Shown here piece after piece: positions 25,749 through 37,700 of a stretch of 64,000 nucleotides of DNA; the first letter of the stretch is position 1, and each line of letters begins with the position of its first letter. Source of the stretch: Octopus sinensis (Eukaryota); the NCBI RefSeq assembly GCF_006345805.1, contig NC_043009.1, forward strand, positions 806,001-870,000, given 5' to 3'. Both the position numbers and the translations under genes were made by a program. The notes beneath the pieces were generated by a model. The model was not told where the DNA came from. It searched no databases and saw nothing but the letters and a program-made list of their open reading frames with translations.

Positions 25749-28700
25749 AATGACGGGCTTCTTTCAGTTTCTGTCTATCAAATTCATTCCCAAGTGTTTG
25801 ATCAGCCCAAGGCTACAGTAGAAGACACTTGCCCAAGGTGTCACGCAGTGAGACTGAACCTGGACCCATGTGGTTCGGAAACAAGCATCTTACCACACAG
25901 CCATGCCTGTTTTTATTTGTTTATTTTCAAAAAGCAGGGGAATATAATTTGTTGTAACTTGACTGCTTTTGTTAACAGTTTTAGCAACCACACAGTAGCT
26001 TTTTGATTGGCTCATTCTGATAAGGGCTTGAGCATGAGGCTAGTAACAGACAGTTCTAAGAGACTAGACAGTTCTGAAACAGCAGCCAGTTTGATAAACC
26101 ATTCCCAGGATATCCAATTAATTTAGTAAATTTGGTTCTTATCTTATTCTGATAATAGACTCCATTTGTACTTTACAGTTCAATGATCAATAGCAAGAAG
26201 GCAAGATTATTATGGAAAGTAATGTGGTTCCAGAACAAAACATTTATTTCAAACATCTGATAAATAAGGATGTCAGGGGAAGGCTTTCCGGGGTCACCTT
26301 TGTCTGGCCACTCAACTTGCTATGAATAGCCTTAGGCTGACCAAAGCTTTGTGAGGGGATTTGGTAGGCGGAAACTGAAAGAAGCCCATCATATATATAT
26401 ATACATGTGAGAGTGTGTGTGTGTGTGTGTGTCCCACCATCACTGCTTGACAACTGGTATTGGTGTGTTTCTGTCTCTGTGACTTAGCAGTTCAGCAAAA
26501 GTATCAATAGAATAAGTAACAGGGTTAAAAAAAAAAAGGTACTGAGGCTGATTCCTTTGGCTAATATTCTTGAAGGCCCCAACATGGCCCAAGTCTAATA
26601 ACTGAAACAAGTAAAAGACTTAAAAACAGGAATTACATTTATTTCTCTCTTCACTCCATCTTTTTACAAACACACACAACAACATCGTTAGCAAAAATCA
26701 AAGTTATTACTCACAGTCAGCAAATTTTCTAAATCAACTTTCAAAAGGTAAGCACGTGTGATCTCCATACCATCAAAGTCCACCTCGGCTTTAAATCGAA
26801 CTTCTCCACCTATTTCTGTAGCTTTCACGTCATGTAAAGATCTAAACAAATAAATCAATTTTTCTTTTTAAATAAAGATATGCGATGTTGTATTTTGGTA
26901 GGGACGTTTTTTTTTTTCTCCCAATAAGAAACATATGCACTATATTTGTGTTATTTACTGACAAAATGACCCTACCAAGATACGATTTTACGTGAAGAAT
27001 CTTGTAAAACACATAAAATGAAAAAATGACAGACTTTATTTCAAGAAATTTGGGTCGTGATTTGATCATTGCCATTACTGCATATTGTGTGTGTGTGTGT
27101 GTGTGTGTGTGTTATAGCCTTTGTGTATGTGCATGGTGTGTGTCTGTGTATGTGTTTTATGGTTTGTGATGGTAGTGGTTGTAGTGATGGTGGTGGTGAT
27201 GACTGGTGGTAGTGACGATGGCAATGATGATGATGATGATGATAACAGTAAAACTAACAACAATACTGTTAACTGCAGTAATGATATTGCTAATGGCAAG
27301 AGAAAACGTTGCTCCCGCCAACCTCCACCAGGAAGTTAAAAATGCAACCCATTGCTACCACAAGCATAAGGCCAAAATAACAGACAAAATTGACAAAATA
27401 ACTCTCACCTTATCATTCTATCATTCTCCAACTCTTGACTAATGAGTAATTTTTTATCCAGTGGAATTGACCTGCAAAAGCCAAAATTTAACACAACAGT
27501 TAAAGACAACAAAATAAGGGCAATTTTGTATTTGTTTTTCTTTCAACAAGATTTGGCACTAATCAAACAGAAAGAGCAGAACTAATGAAGCCTCATTGGT
27601 ACCAACCTTCCTAAGACCTCCGCTGGTTCTGTCACAAACTTCTGGTTTTTAAATTATCTTAATTTAAAGCTTTTGCAAAATTTCACATTAATTTTGGTTC
27701 CAGAAAGTGGATTATTAATACAGTTCTATATTTAAGAGATGAGGAATTATGTACATTATTTACATTGTTTACATTATGTAAATAATGTAAATAATGGATT
27801 ATTAATATTTTATCTTTCACTAATTTCAGTCATTGGAGCATGGTCATGAGGAAGCACCAAATTCCCTCTCAAGGATTTGATACGCCCAGGGCTATAGTAG
27901 AAGATATTTGCCCTAGGTGCCACACAGTGAGATTGAACCAAGAATACACACACACACACAATGACCTTTTCTGAATTTCTGTCTACCAAATCTACTCACA
28001 AGGCTTTGGTCGACTGGGATGTGGTGGGGACAACACAGAAAACACCTGCCCAAGGTGCCATGTAGTAGGATTGAACCCAGAAACCACACGGCTGGGAAGC
28101 AAGCTTTTTCAACCACACAGACATGCCCACACTTCACAGCCATGAAGAATGGTGGAATGACAGAATGAAAGAACAGAAGAACAAAGGAATCTTACTTTCC
28201 CACTAAAACCTCTATATTGCTGTAAATAATGAAACTGGCGACGCTTCCTAAGATGCCACCCACCAAAAGTGAACCAATGGCGTCTGCAAAAGGGCTTCCA
28301 GTGACCTGAGTTATTGTCAGACAAGTGGCTGCAATGCCTACTCCGAGTACGGCTGCTAAATCTTCCAGCAAAACAACATTGACGTTAGGATCATTACCCC
28401 GGGTGACTGGAAAAAGGAAAAGAAAAATAATTTTCTGTTAGTAAAATTCCAATAAACAAACAATTCTTCATGTCAAACATAATCATTCATCATCATCATC
28501 GTTGTATGTGTGTGTGTGTGTGTGTCTTTGTTTGTCCCCCACATCACCACTTGACAACCGGTGTTGGTGTGTTTCTGTCCCCGTAAACTTAGTGGTTTGC
28601 AAAAAAATACCAATAGAATAAGTGTCACTTCTTAAAATAAAAAAAAAATTATTGGGGTCAATTCATTCAACTAAAAATTCAAGGTGGTGCCCCAGCATGG

Positions 28701-30687
28701 CCGCAGTCTAGTGACTGGAACAAATAAGCAATAAAAGATAAAAGATCATCATGTAGAAGCTGCTTTCCATGCTGGCATGGGTCATACGGTTTGACTGGAT
28801 CTGGTAAGCTGCAGAGCTGCACCAGGCCCCACTCTGATTTTGGCTTGGTTTCTACAGCTGGATGACCTTCCTAACACCAACCTCTCCATGAGTGTAATAA
28901 GTGCTTTCTGTGTTTTACCATCACAGATGCCTTCTATGTGTCACCAGGATGCCAACTGCACTTTTGCTGAAGAACAAGAAGCCAAAGCCAAGTGGCTGAA
29001 CTGTCATATTACATCATATTACCGCCTTTGATGACTTGCTACACTGATGACCCCTAAAACCATGACAGTTGCAGGAAATTTTGTATGCATAACACTTGGA
29101 ACTTTTGAAGGGTTTGCACATAACCATCGATCATTTCTTCTGAAATCTTTTTGATCTTGGTTGAAGTTTTTCTCATTAGAGAAAAAACAAATATCTTTTT
29201 CTGCTGGACTTTCAGTTTGTTTAAGAGCCTTTTAGATCTGACGTAGTGATTTTCTTTGGCCTTTTCTAACAAATTCACTTTTCCTCATCATCTAAGACTT
29301 ACATCTCATGGCTTCATGGACAACATTTCTGACTGTTCCTCCTGACACATGGAAATCTTTTGCAATTGATCTCATGAACTTTCTGGGATTGTAATCAATG
29401 GTCTGTTGAACTTGCTGGATAAATTCAGGTGTTCTGATGATTTCAGAGCATTTAGAATGTTTCCATTATTTTGCCCAACCCCTATATGCATATACTAGCA
29501 GTATCGCCCGGCGTTGCTCGGGTTGTAAGGGAAATAACTATATAAGCATTTTTAGAGAGTTATAGCCAAAAAATAGCAAAAAAAATGCATTAAAAATTGA
29601 AAAAAAATTAAGGTAAATTTTTTTTAAATCGTTGACACATCGTAGATATTTTTAGAGAGTTACTTCCCTTATATAAAAGCGAAAAAAATGCATTAAAATG
29701 GAAAAATACGATGGTAAATTTTTTTTAAATCGTAGACTCATCGTAGACGCGCGCTAATACCCAGAAGGGCTCGATATGAATCATGACTATAAGATACCCG
29801 CTTTTGGTTAAACTGCACCGCAAAATGTGGGAGTAGTTACGAATCTAAATCGTAGGAGACAGACACACAACTTCACTCTTATATAAAGATGCTTTTTTTT
29901 TTCAGTCATAGAGTTAGATTTATGAAGGTCTTCAGTAGAAAATCCTTCGAATTCTGACTCGCTGCTTGATATAATGAAATTCGTATCCATTTTTTGTCAG
30001 AATTACAAATTTTGAAAACACAATAGGAACAAATTTCGGAAAAAAATCTCCCATAATTCACGGAATTAAAATTACACTTCGATTTTTGTACAAAACTGTA
30101 TTTGAAGTGTTTACGAAGTATAATACGTGTTTTCACGAATGTACTAAAGAGATTTACTCTGATATTCTCATTTAAATATGAATAGGTAAATTCGGGCGGT
30201 TTGGTAACGAAAGGGTTTATATAAGTGTCGTCTGTTTATACATAAACACTGTTTCATAGTTTCAGTTTAGTCTTCCTCAAATCACTGTCGCTAATTTACT
30301 CTCTTCCAAGAACATTTTCACTCACTGTTATCTGTTAGCTTCCCATACATTTTACTCATGTATCTATCAGCGTGATAGACAGAAACAAATATTACATTTA
30401 CTTTCATTTTATTCGTTGCCCACTGTGTGTGTGCGTTTGCGTGTGGTGTAAACCAGACTAAGAAAAGCATTTGACACACACACCAGAATGTGAGTTTTCT
30501 GTAAATTTTGCTTAATTGGAGTTTAAATTTTAAAAACTGGACCTGGCATGACGCGATGCATTGTACTCTTAAAACTGCTAGGTAAATTGTAATTGAAGAA
30601 ATCCTATATTGTAGATTTGTATAACTCCCAAAGGGAGGCAGATAAAATCTGCCTTTTATAATAAGAGATATATATATATACATACGT

Positions 30688-30738
<51 letters not shown>

Positions 30739-30854
30739 ATATATACATAATATACTTTGTTTCCACTATATAGATTACACTATGTTCATCTTTCATTAAA
30801 AGTTCATCACTGAATAATTCATCTCATTTTATATATATATATATATATATATAC

Positions 30855-30907
<53 letters not shown>

Positions 30908-30998
30908 ATATACATAATATACTTTGTTTCCACTATATAGATTACACTATGTTCATCTTTCATTAAAAGTTCATCACTGAATAATTCATCTCATTTTA

Positions 30999-31040
<42 letters not shown>

Positions 31041-34000
31041 CATATATATATATATTATTGTTCATATATATGCATATATCAATGGTCATAAATAATATAT
31101 ATATATATATATATACACACATACATACACACAGATATAACCATAAATTAAATTAAAAATATCAATAATGGATGGATAATTACTGATAATTATTCAGAAC
31201 AGACAAAAAGAAAAGAGAGGCAGAAACAATGAGAGAAAAGATGAAATTTTTATCTATCTGGTTGGCACCAACAAGTCTACTTCTCACAATATTATCGCAT
31301 CAGGCAATTTCCAAATTCATTAGATAAATAATTATGTATATCCTTATCAAACTAGCAATCAATCACTCATGCACTAAACTAAGTGAAAGAAGAAGAAATA
31401 AATGAATAAAAATCTATAATCTCTCTCCTCTCAGTGGCCTCCATTAAAGTCCGATCCAGTGAAGGAGCCCTTATGGGGTTGTTCAACCTGCTAGAAATAA
31501 CACCTAAAACCTACTCAGGTCACATACATCACCATTAGGGAAAGTGAACATTGGATGGCAGGGGGAATGATGGTTCAAGACCAACCTAGGCTTAGATGAT
31601 AACAATAACAGAAGACCAGTCACTTGTTTACTCTTTATTTGTTTCTGTCATTTGACTGTGGCCATGCTGGGGCAATAATCTCGAAGGATTTGTAGTTGAA
31701 TGAATCAACTCCAGTACTTTGTTTACTTTTAAGCCTGGTACTTATTTTATCTGTCTCTTTTGCTGAACTGCTAAGTTACAGGGACATGAACACATCAGAG
31801 TGTGGTGAGGGACACAAACACATACTCATATGTATATGCAAGACAGGCTTCTTTTAGTTTCCATCTGCAAGATCCTCTCACAAGGCTTCAAATGAAGACT
31901 ATAGTAGAAGTGCCACCGGAACAGGAGCCAGTCAGGGGGCACTGGCATCAACCACATTCAAATGGTGCTCTTTACATGGTGCATGCCAGTGTCCCCAGGC
32001 TGGTTCCCATTCCGGTGGCATGTAAAAAGTACCAAAACATTATTGATACACACCAACACAATTCTTCTTAACCGATAACATTTCGAGAAATAAAACCAAA
32101 GTCATCACTCTCAAATAACGATGATTTTGCAATGAGTCTAGGACATTTACCTCCCATGGACAAAACCCCAGGGGACAACAACAACAACCCCACCCCCGGA
32201 CAATTACCTCTAAACAGTTAACGCTTGATGTGTACCTTTTTTTTTCTGGTGTATAAGCCGCTATTTTTTACCTGGAAAATTTAGAGAAAGGTGCACCTAA
32301 TGTACTCTTTACTCTTTTACTTGTTTCAGTCATTTGACTGTGGCCAAGCTGGAGCACTGCCTTTAGTCGAGCAAATCGACCCCAGGACTTATTCTTTGTA
32401 AGCCTAGTACTTATTCTATCGGTCGCTAAGTTACGGCGACGTAAACACACCAGCATCGGTTGTCAAGCGATATTGGGGTGGGGGACAAACACAGACACAC
32501 GAACATATGCACACACACATACATATACATATATACGACGGGCTTCTTTCAGTTTCCATCTACCAAATCCACTCACAAGGCTTTGGTCAACCTGAGGCTA
32601 TAGTAGAAGACACTTGCCCAAGGTGCCACGCAGTGGGACTGAACCCGGAACCATGTGGTTCATAAGCAAGCTACTTACCACACAGCCACTCCTACGCCAA
32701 TGTATGTATTTTTTATAAGTTTCAGGAGGAAAATAATTTGTGCATGGAGATCGAATGATTCCACTGATCTTTTCAGAAGGTCAGTCAGTGAACAACTTGA
32801 AAGACTACTGCTACAGTACATTGGTGCCCAGAAGAAAACCAGCACATTTGTTTTGTTTTATCTTCATGTTTTGATAATGTTACTTTTAATCTAATAAAGA
32901 CTATAATAGTGACGAAATGTTTTTTTTGTTGATTATAGTAAGATAAAATTATGTTGCCACTCAAATATTTGGAAGTTTTTAAAATATATCAAATAAGAGC
33001 AAGCGTTACAACAAGTACTTATGACTCAATCCTTGACAGGTTTTGCTAAACAGCCATCGAGAAAGAAATATTTAGATGTTTCAGCTCGTATTAATGCCAT
33101 AGTTAGCAATTATGAAAACATAAATGTGATACAATATTTGCGAGGAATCACAAATAATTTGCACTTTTAGATGATAATTTAAAACTTCTTAATATATTGG
33201 AGAGGGAGTAATTAAGTAATTGTCCTAGGGGGTAGTTGTTGTCGGGGAGAATTGTCCTGGGGGGTAATTGTCCTGATAGGCTTTGTAATATGTATCATCA
33301 TTGAACTGCTGTGTTAGGAAGGGCATCCAGCTGTAAAAACCCTGCCAAAACAGACTGTGAAACCTGGTGAAGTCTTCTGCCTAGCCAGCCCCTGTCCAGC
33401 CCCTGTCAAACAGTCCAACCCTTGCCAGCATGGAAAACAGATGTTAAATGATGATGATGAAGATGATGTTCCATGCTGGCATTGGCTGGACGGTTTGACA
33501 GGAACCATGATGGGCCCAAGGACTGCTTTGTGCTCCTGTGTCTGCTCTGGCATAGCTTCTACAGCTGGATCCCTTCCTAATGCAAACAACTTTACAGAAT
33601 GTACTGGGTGCTTTTTTTTTATGTGACACCAGAGAGGTCACCATGCATCTTGCAAGACTACGAATCCCAATGGAGAACAACTTTATGCGAGGAGGTGAGG
33701 AGCAGAGAGGGGTAAAGCAAGAGAGAAAAGGGCCACCTGCAGAACATGTTTGCCTGCTGTAGTTGAGCTACATGGCTACTCATATTTCAGGAGAGAGTTG
33801 GGGGTGGTGGTCATGTGCAGTTGGAAAGTGATAAAAAATAGAGGTTATGAGGTATCGGGGTGGGCCATCAAGTTATGAGGTGAGTGAGAATGAGTGGGGA
33901 AGTAAGGGATGCCTGATGGTGCAAAGCAGCAGAATAGAAATGATGATACAATAAACAGGGGGAGGACAGAAAGAGAGATGACATGCTGTTGAGTATGTTG

Positions 34001-34536
34001 CACGAGTGGATGGGGAAGCAAAGGGATTTTTAGGGGGCCTGATATGGTCACGAGCAGACATGGACACTCTCTCACAACCTTTCCACACTTCATCCAATCC
34101 ACAAAAGCATGCGAGAGCTGAACGGAGAGAGATGTTGTACCAGTAATAACCTGGTACTCATTTTTCAGTTGACTGGAATGGAACAACATGAAATGAAGTG
34201 TCTTATTCAATGTGCTGCCCAGCCCAGGAAATGAACCAGCAAACTTGTGATTGTGAGTCCAACACCTTAGCCACTAGGATTGGCACCGTCAGAATTTTAA
34301 AAATAGTACCATAAATGATAGTATTTTATCCAAGCAGGGTATCGTCTTAATTCCCAGTGTATCTTCTTAACTCCTGCTGGGCTGTACCTTAACAGGAACA
34401 CCCCAGCAGGTAATTAATTCTATACCAAACCATAATCTAAGCTTAAACTCAAAGTTAGTTAACAATATAATTCACAGACATACAAACACACATGTACCAA
34501 TTAGCAAATGCAGTTGTCACCCTTGCATATCAATTA

Positions 34537-34573
<37 letters not shown>

Positions 34574-34687
34574 GCTGTTTTACTCAACTGATTTGCCATA
34601 AAGAAATTCACTTACCATATTCCCAGAATTTCATGTTCTTTGCCTTTGAACTCTTTCTCACTTCAGCAATGGCAACAATAAGAGTGG
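17045..34687 (-). CDS. SLC30A9: SLC30A9/ZnT9 zinc transporter, 3' six coding exons (partial gene; the 5' part lies beyond or was not found in this window)
   Basis: Manual splicing of six GT-AG exons (72+211+63+127+114+45 nt, phases all compatible) gives (A)[209 protein letters not shown]. This matches the ZnT9 C-terminus as I recall it (LLEDx[20 protein letters not shown], HGExIIDTLGxEVDRxEK, RHVDLE). Confidence 0.95.
17892..17991. other. Assembly gap (100 N) inside the last SLC30A9 intron
   Basis: Run of N. Confidence 0.99.
17992..18357 (+). mobile_element. Internally deleted mariner transposase remnant
   Basis: [16 protein letters not shown]... followed by FHQDNARPH...[23 protein letters not shown] (degenerate YSPDLAPSD motif). 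Confidence 0.9.
18384..18615 (+). mobile_element. SINE family B, full length
   Basis: GGCGGTGAGCTGGCAGAATC...GAGTTCAAATTCC...CTTGTGGGCAGTAAAGAAATAA. Confidence 0.88.
18817..18930 (-). CDS. SLC30A9: SLC30A9 exon: [38 protein letters not shown]
   Basis: Acceptor cacttgttttttAG, donor AAG|GTAAGG, 114 nt, phase 0/0; overlaps supplied ORF 18727..18927. Confidence 0.95.
19020..19480 (+). mobile_element. Decayed RTE 3' fragment with RTE-type tail
   Basis: AMLHGSETW and QERRLRWFG similar to 13980-14230, then the AGGAAGGGCATCCAG...CATGCCAGCATGGAAAACGGATGTTAA tail. Confidence 0.75.
19728..20112 (+). mobile_element. SINE family A
   Basis: Head GGAGTGGCTGTGTGGTAAGTAGCTTGC and tail CCCCAGCATGGCC. Confidence 0.85.
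20745..21275. repeat. Compound minisatellite TCTATTGCT(ACC)n with or without ACTACCATCACG, within (CAC)n-rich low-complexity DNA (20160-21700)
   Basis: Roughly 20 TCTATTGCT anchors separated by variable ACC runs. Confidence 0.9.
22113..22253. mobile_element. 141-bp mariner-type MITE
   Basis: TA|TTAGGTTGTCCCAAAAGTTC ... GAACTTTTGGGACAACCTTA|TA; an empty-site homolog of the host repeat lies at 27721-27765. Confidence 0.85.
22258..22547 (+). mobile_element. tRNA-headed short retroelement with a Penelope-like tail and a degenerate hammerhead ribozyme
   Basis: A box TGGCAAAGTGG (22321), B box GTTTGATTC (22366), CTGATGA-GGCTG/CAGCC-GAAG (22460-22491); 3' end duplicated in inverted orientation at 22258-22298. 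Confidence 0.6.
22574..23017. repeat. (GA)n/(GACA)n compound microsatellite
   Basis: Direct reading. Confidence 0.97.
23300..24600. mobile_element. Four SINE family B copies (23300-23515 +; ~23710-23910, ~23965-24182, ~24378-24600 -)
   Basis: Shared core GGATGAAAGGCAAAGTCGACC / GAATTTGAACTCAGAAC. Confidence 0.8.
24832..24899. repeat. Perfect 16-bp tandem repeat ACCAATTCAGTTCATG x4
   Basis: Direct reading. Confidence 0.95.
25159..25719 (+). mobile_element. Helitron-like element nested in the microsatellite of a family A SINE (halves ~24950-25158 and ~25720-25905)
   Basis: A|TCTATTATATAAAATG start, (TCTG)n, CCATCC/GGACGG hairpin, CTTG|T end; SINE halves are collinear on both sides. Confidence 0.6.
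26325..26620 (+). mobile_element. SINE family A (5'-truncated)
   Basis: GACCAAAGCTTTGTGAG...GGAAACTGAAAGAAGCCC...GAAACAAGTAAAAGA. Confidence 0.8.
26715..26841 (-). CDS. SLC30A9: SLC30A9 exon: [42 protein letters not shown]
   Basis: Acceptor atttatttgtttAG, donor ACT|GTGAGT, 127 nt, contains the [11 protein letters not shown] signature. Confidence 0.95.
27409..27471 (-). CDS. SLC30A9: SLC30A9 exon: [20 protein letters not shown](R)
   Basis: Acceptor cttttgcAG, donor AG|GTGAGA, 63 nt, phase 2/2. Confidence 0.9.
27880..28142 (-). mobile_element. SINE family A fragments
   Basis: CTACCAAATCTACTCACAAGGCTTTGGTCG and CCCAAGGTGCCA motifs. Confidence 0.75.
28196..28406 (-). CDS. SLC30A9: SLC30A9 exon: [21 protein letters not shown]...[12 protein letters not shown](K), two transmembrane segments
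   Basis: Acceptor ttttcctttttccAG, donor AA|GTAAGA, 211 nt open reading frame, two hydrophobic helices. Confidence 0.95.
29043..29465 (-). mobile_element. Decayed Tc1/mariner (maT/DD37D-like) transposase fragment
   Basis: Minus frame: [15 protein letters not shown]...[21 protein letters not shown] ... [22 protein letters not shown]...[15 protein letters not shown], with stops. Confidence 0.75.
29495..30668 (-). mobile_element. Composite Helitron/piggyBac element (copy 2, inverted, in an SLC30A9 intron)
   Basis: A|TCTCTTATT start at 30668, CTAG|T end at 29495; 29495-30215 nearly identical to 1309-2029. Confidence 0.8.
30743..31002. repeat. ~90-bp direct duplication embedded in (TA)n
   Basis: TACATAATATACTTTGTTTCC...CTCATTTTATATAT at 30743 and 30911. 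Confidence 0.9.
32134..33281 (+). mobile_element. MULE/Mutator-like deletion derivative with a nested SINE A (32305-32697, minus)
   Basis: Inverted GGACAATTACC-type subterminal repeats; TSD TTTGCAAT/TTTGTAAT; 32955-33170 encodes [15 protein letters not shown]...[18 protein letters not shown]...[12 protein letters not shown], resembling animal MULE transposase C-termini. Confidence 0.75.
34616..34687 (-). CDS. SLC30A9: SLC30A9 exon: (A)[23 protein letters not shown](V)
   Basis: Acceptor ttctcattttctcaacAG, donor G|GTAAGT, 72 nt, phase 1/1. Confidence 0.92.
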
Positions 34688-34757
34688 CTGTTGAGAAAAT
34701 GAGAAAATTTATATTCAAATTAATAAAGTAGTGGAGACATCACAATCTTAATCTCCC

Positions 34758-37700
34758 TAAATTGACGACTTTGATACCACTTAAGACAGCCCATGGTTCC
34801 ATAATAAATTGACCCTTTTGACACCACTTAAGACAGCCCATGGTTCCATAATAAATTGACACTTTTGATACCACTTAAGACAGCCCATGGTTACATAAAA
34901 AACTGACCCTTTTGACACCACTTAAGACAGCTCAGGGTTCCATAATAAATTGACCCTTTTGACACCACTTAAGACAGCTCATGGTTCCAAAATAAATTAA
35001 CCCTTTTGATACCACTTAAGACAGCTCATGGTTCCATAATAAATTGACCCTTTTGACACCACTTAAGACAGCTCATGGTTCCATAATAAATTGACCCTTT
35101 TGACACCACTTAAGACAGCTCATGGTTCCATAATAAATTGACCCGTTTCATAGCACTTAAGACGGCCCATGGTTCCATAATAAATTGACCCTTTTGATAC
35201 CACTTAAGACAGCTCATGGTTCCATAATAAACTGACCCTTCTGATACCACTTAAGACAGCTCATGGTTCCATAATAGATTGACCCTTTTGATGCCACTTA
35301 AGACAGCTCATGGTTCCATAATAAATTGACCCTTTTGATACCACTTAAGACAGCTCATGGTTCCATAATAAACTGACCCTTCTGATACCACTTAAGACAG
35401 CCCATGGTTCCATAATAAATTGACCCTTTTGACACCACTTAAGACAGCCCATGGTTCCATAATAAATTGACCCTTTTGACACCACTTAAGACAGCCCATG
35501 GTTCCATAATAAATTGACCCTTTTGATACCACTTAAGACAGCCCATGGTTCCATAATAAATTGACCCTTTTGATACCACTTAAGACAGCTCATGGTTCCA
35601 TAATAAATTGACCCTTTTGATACCACTTAAGACAGCTCATGGTTCCATAATAAATTGACCCTTTTGACACCACTTAAGACAGCTCATGGTTCCATACTAC
35701 ATTCACCCGTTTCATAGGACTTAAGACGGCCCATGGTTCCAAAATAAATTGACCCTTTTGATACCAATTAAGACAGCTCATGGTTCCATAATAAACTGAC
35801 CCTTCTGATACCACTTAAGACAGCTCATGGTTCCATAATAGATTGACCCTTTTGATACCACTTAAGACAGCTCATGGTTCCATAATAAATTGACCCTTTT
35901 GATACGACTTAAGACAGCTCATGGTTCCAAAATAAACTGACCCTTCTGATACCACTTAAGAAAGCCCATGGTTCCATAATAAATTGACCCTTTTGATACC
36001 ACTTAAGACAGCTCATGGTTCCATAATAAATTGACCCTTTTGATACCACTTAAGACAGCTCATGGTTCCATAATAAATTGACCCTTTTGATACCACTTAA
36101 GACAGCTCATGGTTCCATAATAAATTGATCCTTTTGATACCACTTAAGACAGCTCATGGTTCCATAATAGATTGACCCTTTTGATACCACTTAAGACACC
36201 TCATGGTTCCATATTAGATTGACCCTTTTGATACCACTTAAGACAGCTCATGGTTCCATAATAAATTGAACCTTTTGACACCACTTAAGACAGCCCATGG
36301 TTCTATAATAAATTGACCCATTTGATACCACTTAAGACAGCCCATGGTTCCATAATAAATTGACCCTTTTGATACCACTTAAGAAAGCTCATGGTTCCAT
36401 AATAAATTGACCCTTTTGATACCACTTAAGACAGCTCATGCTTCCATAATAAATTGATCCTTTTGATACCACTTAAGACAGCCCATGGTTCCAAAATAAA
36501 TTGACCCTTTTGATACCACTTAAGACAGCTCATGGTTCCATAATAAATTGACCCTTTTGATACCACTTAAGACAGCTCATGGTTCCATAATAAATTGACA
36601 CTTTTGATACCACTTAAGACAGCTCATAGTTCCATAATTTACTGACCCTTCTGAAACCACTTAAGACAGCCCATGGTTCCATAATAGATTGACCCTTTTC
36701 ATACCACTTAAGACAGCTCATGGTTCCATAATAAATTGACCCCTCTGATACCACTTAAGACAGCTCATGGTTCCATAATAGATTGACCCTTTTGATACCA
36801 TTTCAGACAGCCCATGGTTCCATAAAACATTGACCCTTTTGATACGACTTAAGACAGCCCATGATTCCATAATAAGTTGACCCTTTTGACACCACCTAAG
36901 ACAGCCCATGGTTCCATAATAAATTGACCCTTTTGATACCACTTAAGACAGCCCATGGTTCCATAATAAATTGACCCTTTTGATACCACTTAAGACAGCC
37001 CATGGTTCCATAATAAACTGACCCTTTTGATACCACTTAAGACAGCCCATGGCTCCATAATAAATTGAAACTTTTGATACCACTAAAGACAGCCCATGGT
37101 TCGATAATAAATTGAAACTTTTGATACCACTAAAGACAGCCCATGGTTCGATAATAAATTGACCCTTTTGACACCACTTAAGACTGCCCATGGTTCCATA
37201 ATAAATTGACCCTTTTGATACCACTTAAGACAGCTCATGGTTCCATAATAAATTGACCCTTTTGACACCACTTAAGACAGCCCATGGTTCCATAATAAAT
37301 TGACCCTTTTGATACCACTTAAGACAGCTCATGGTTCCATAATAAATTGACCCTTTTCATACCACTTAAGACAGCCCATGGTTCCGTAATAAATTGACCC
37401 TTTTGCTACCACTTAAGACAGCCCATGGTTCCATAAGAAATTGACCCTTTTGATACCACTTAAGACAGCCCATGGTTCCATAATAAATTGACCCTTTTGA
37501 TACCACTTAAGACAGCCCATGGTTCCATAATAAATTGAACCTTTTGATACCACTTAAGACAGCCCATGGTTCCATAATAAATTGACCCTTTTGATACCAC
37601 TTAAGACAGCTCATGGTTCCATAATAATTTGACCCTTTTGACACCACTTAAGACAGCCCATGGTTCCATAATAGATTGACCCTTTTGATACCACTTAAGA

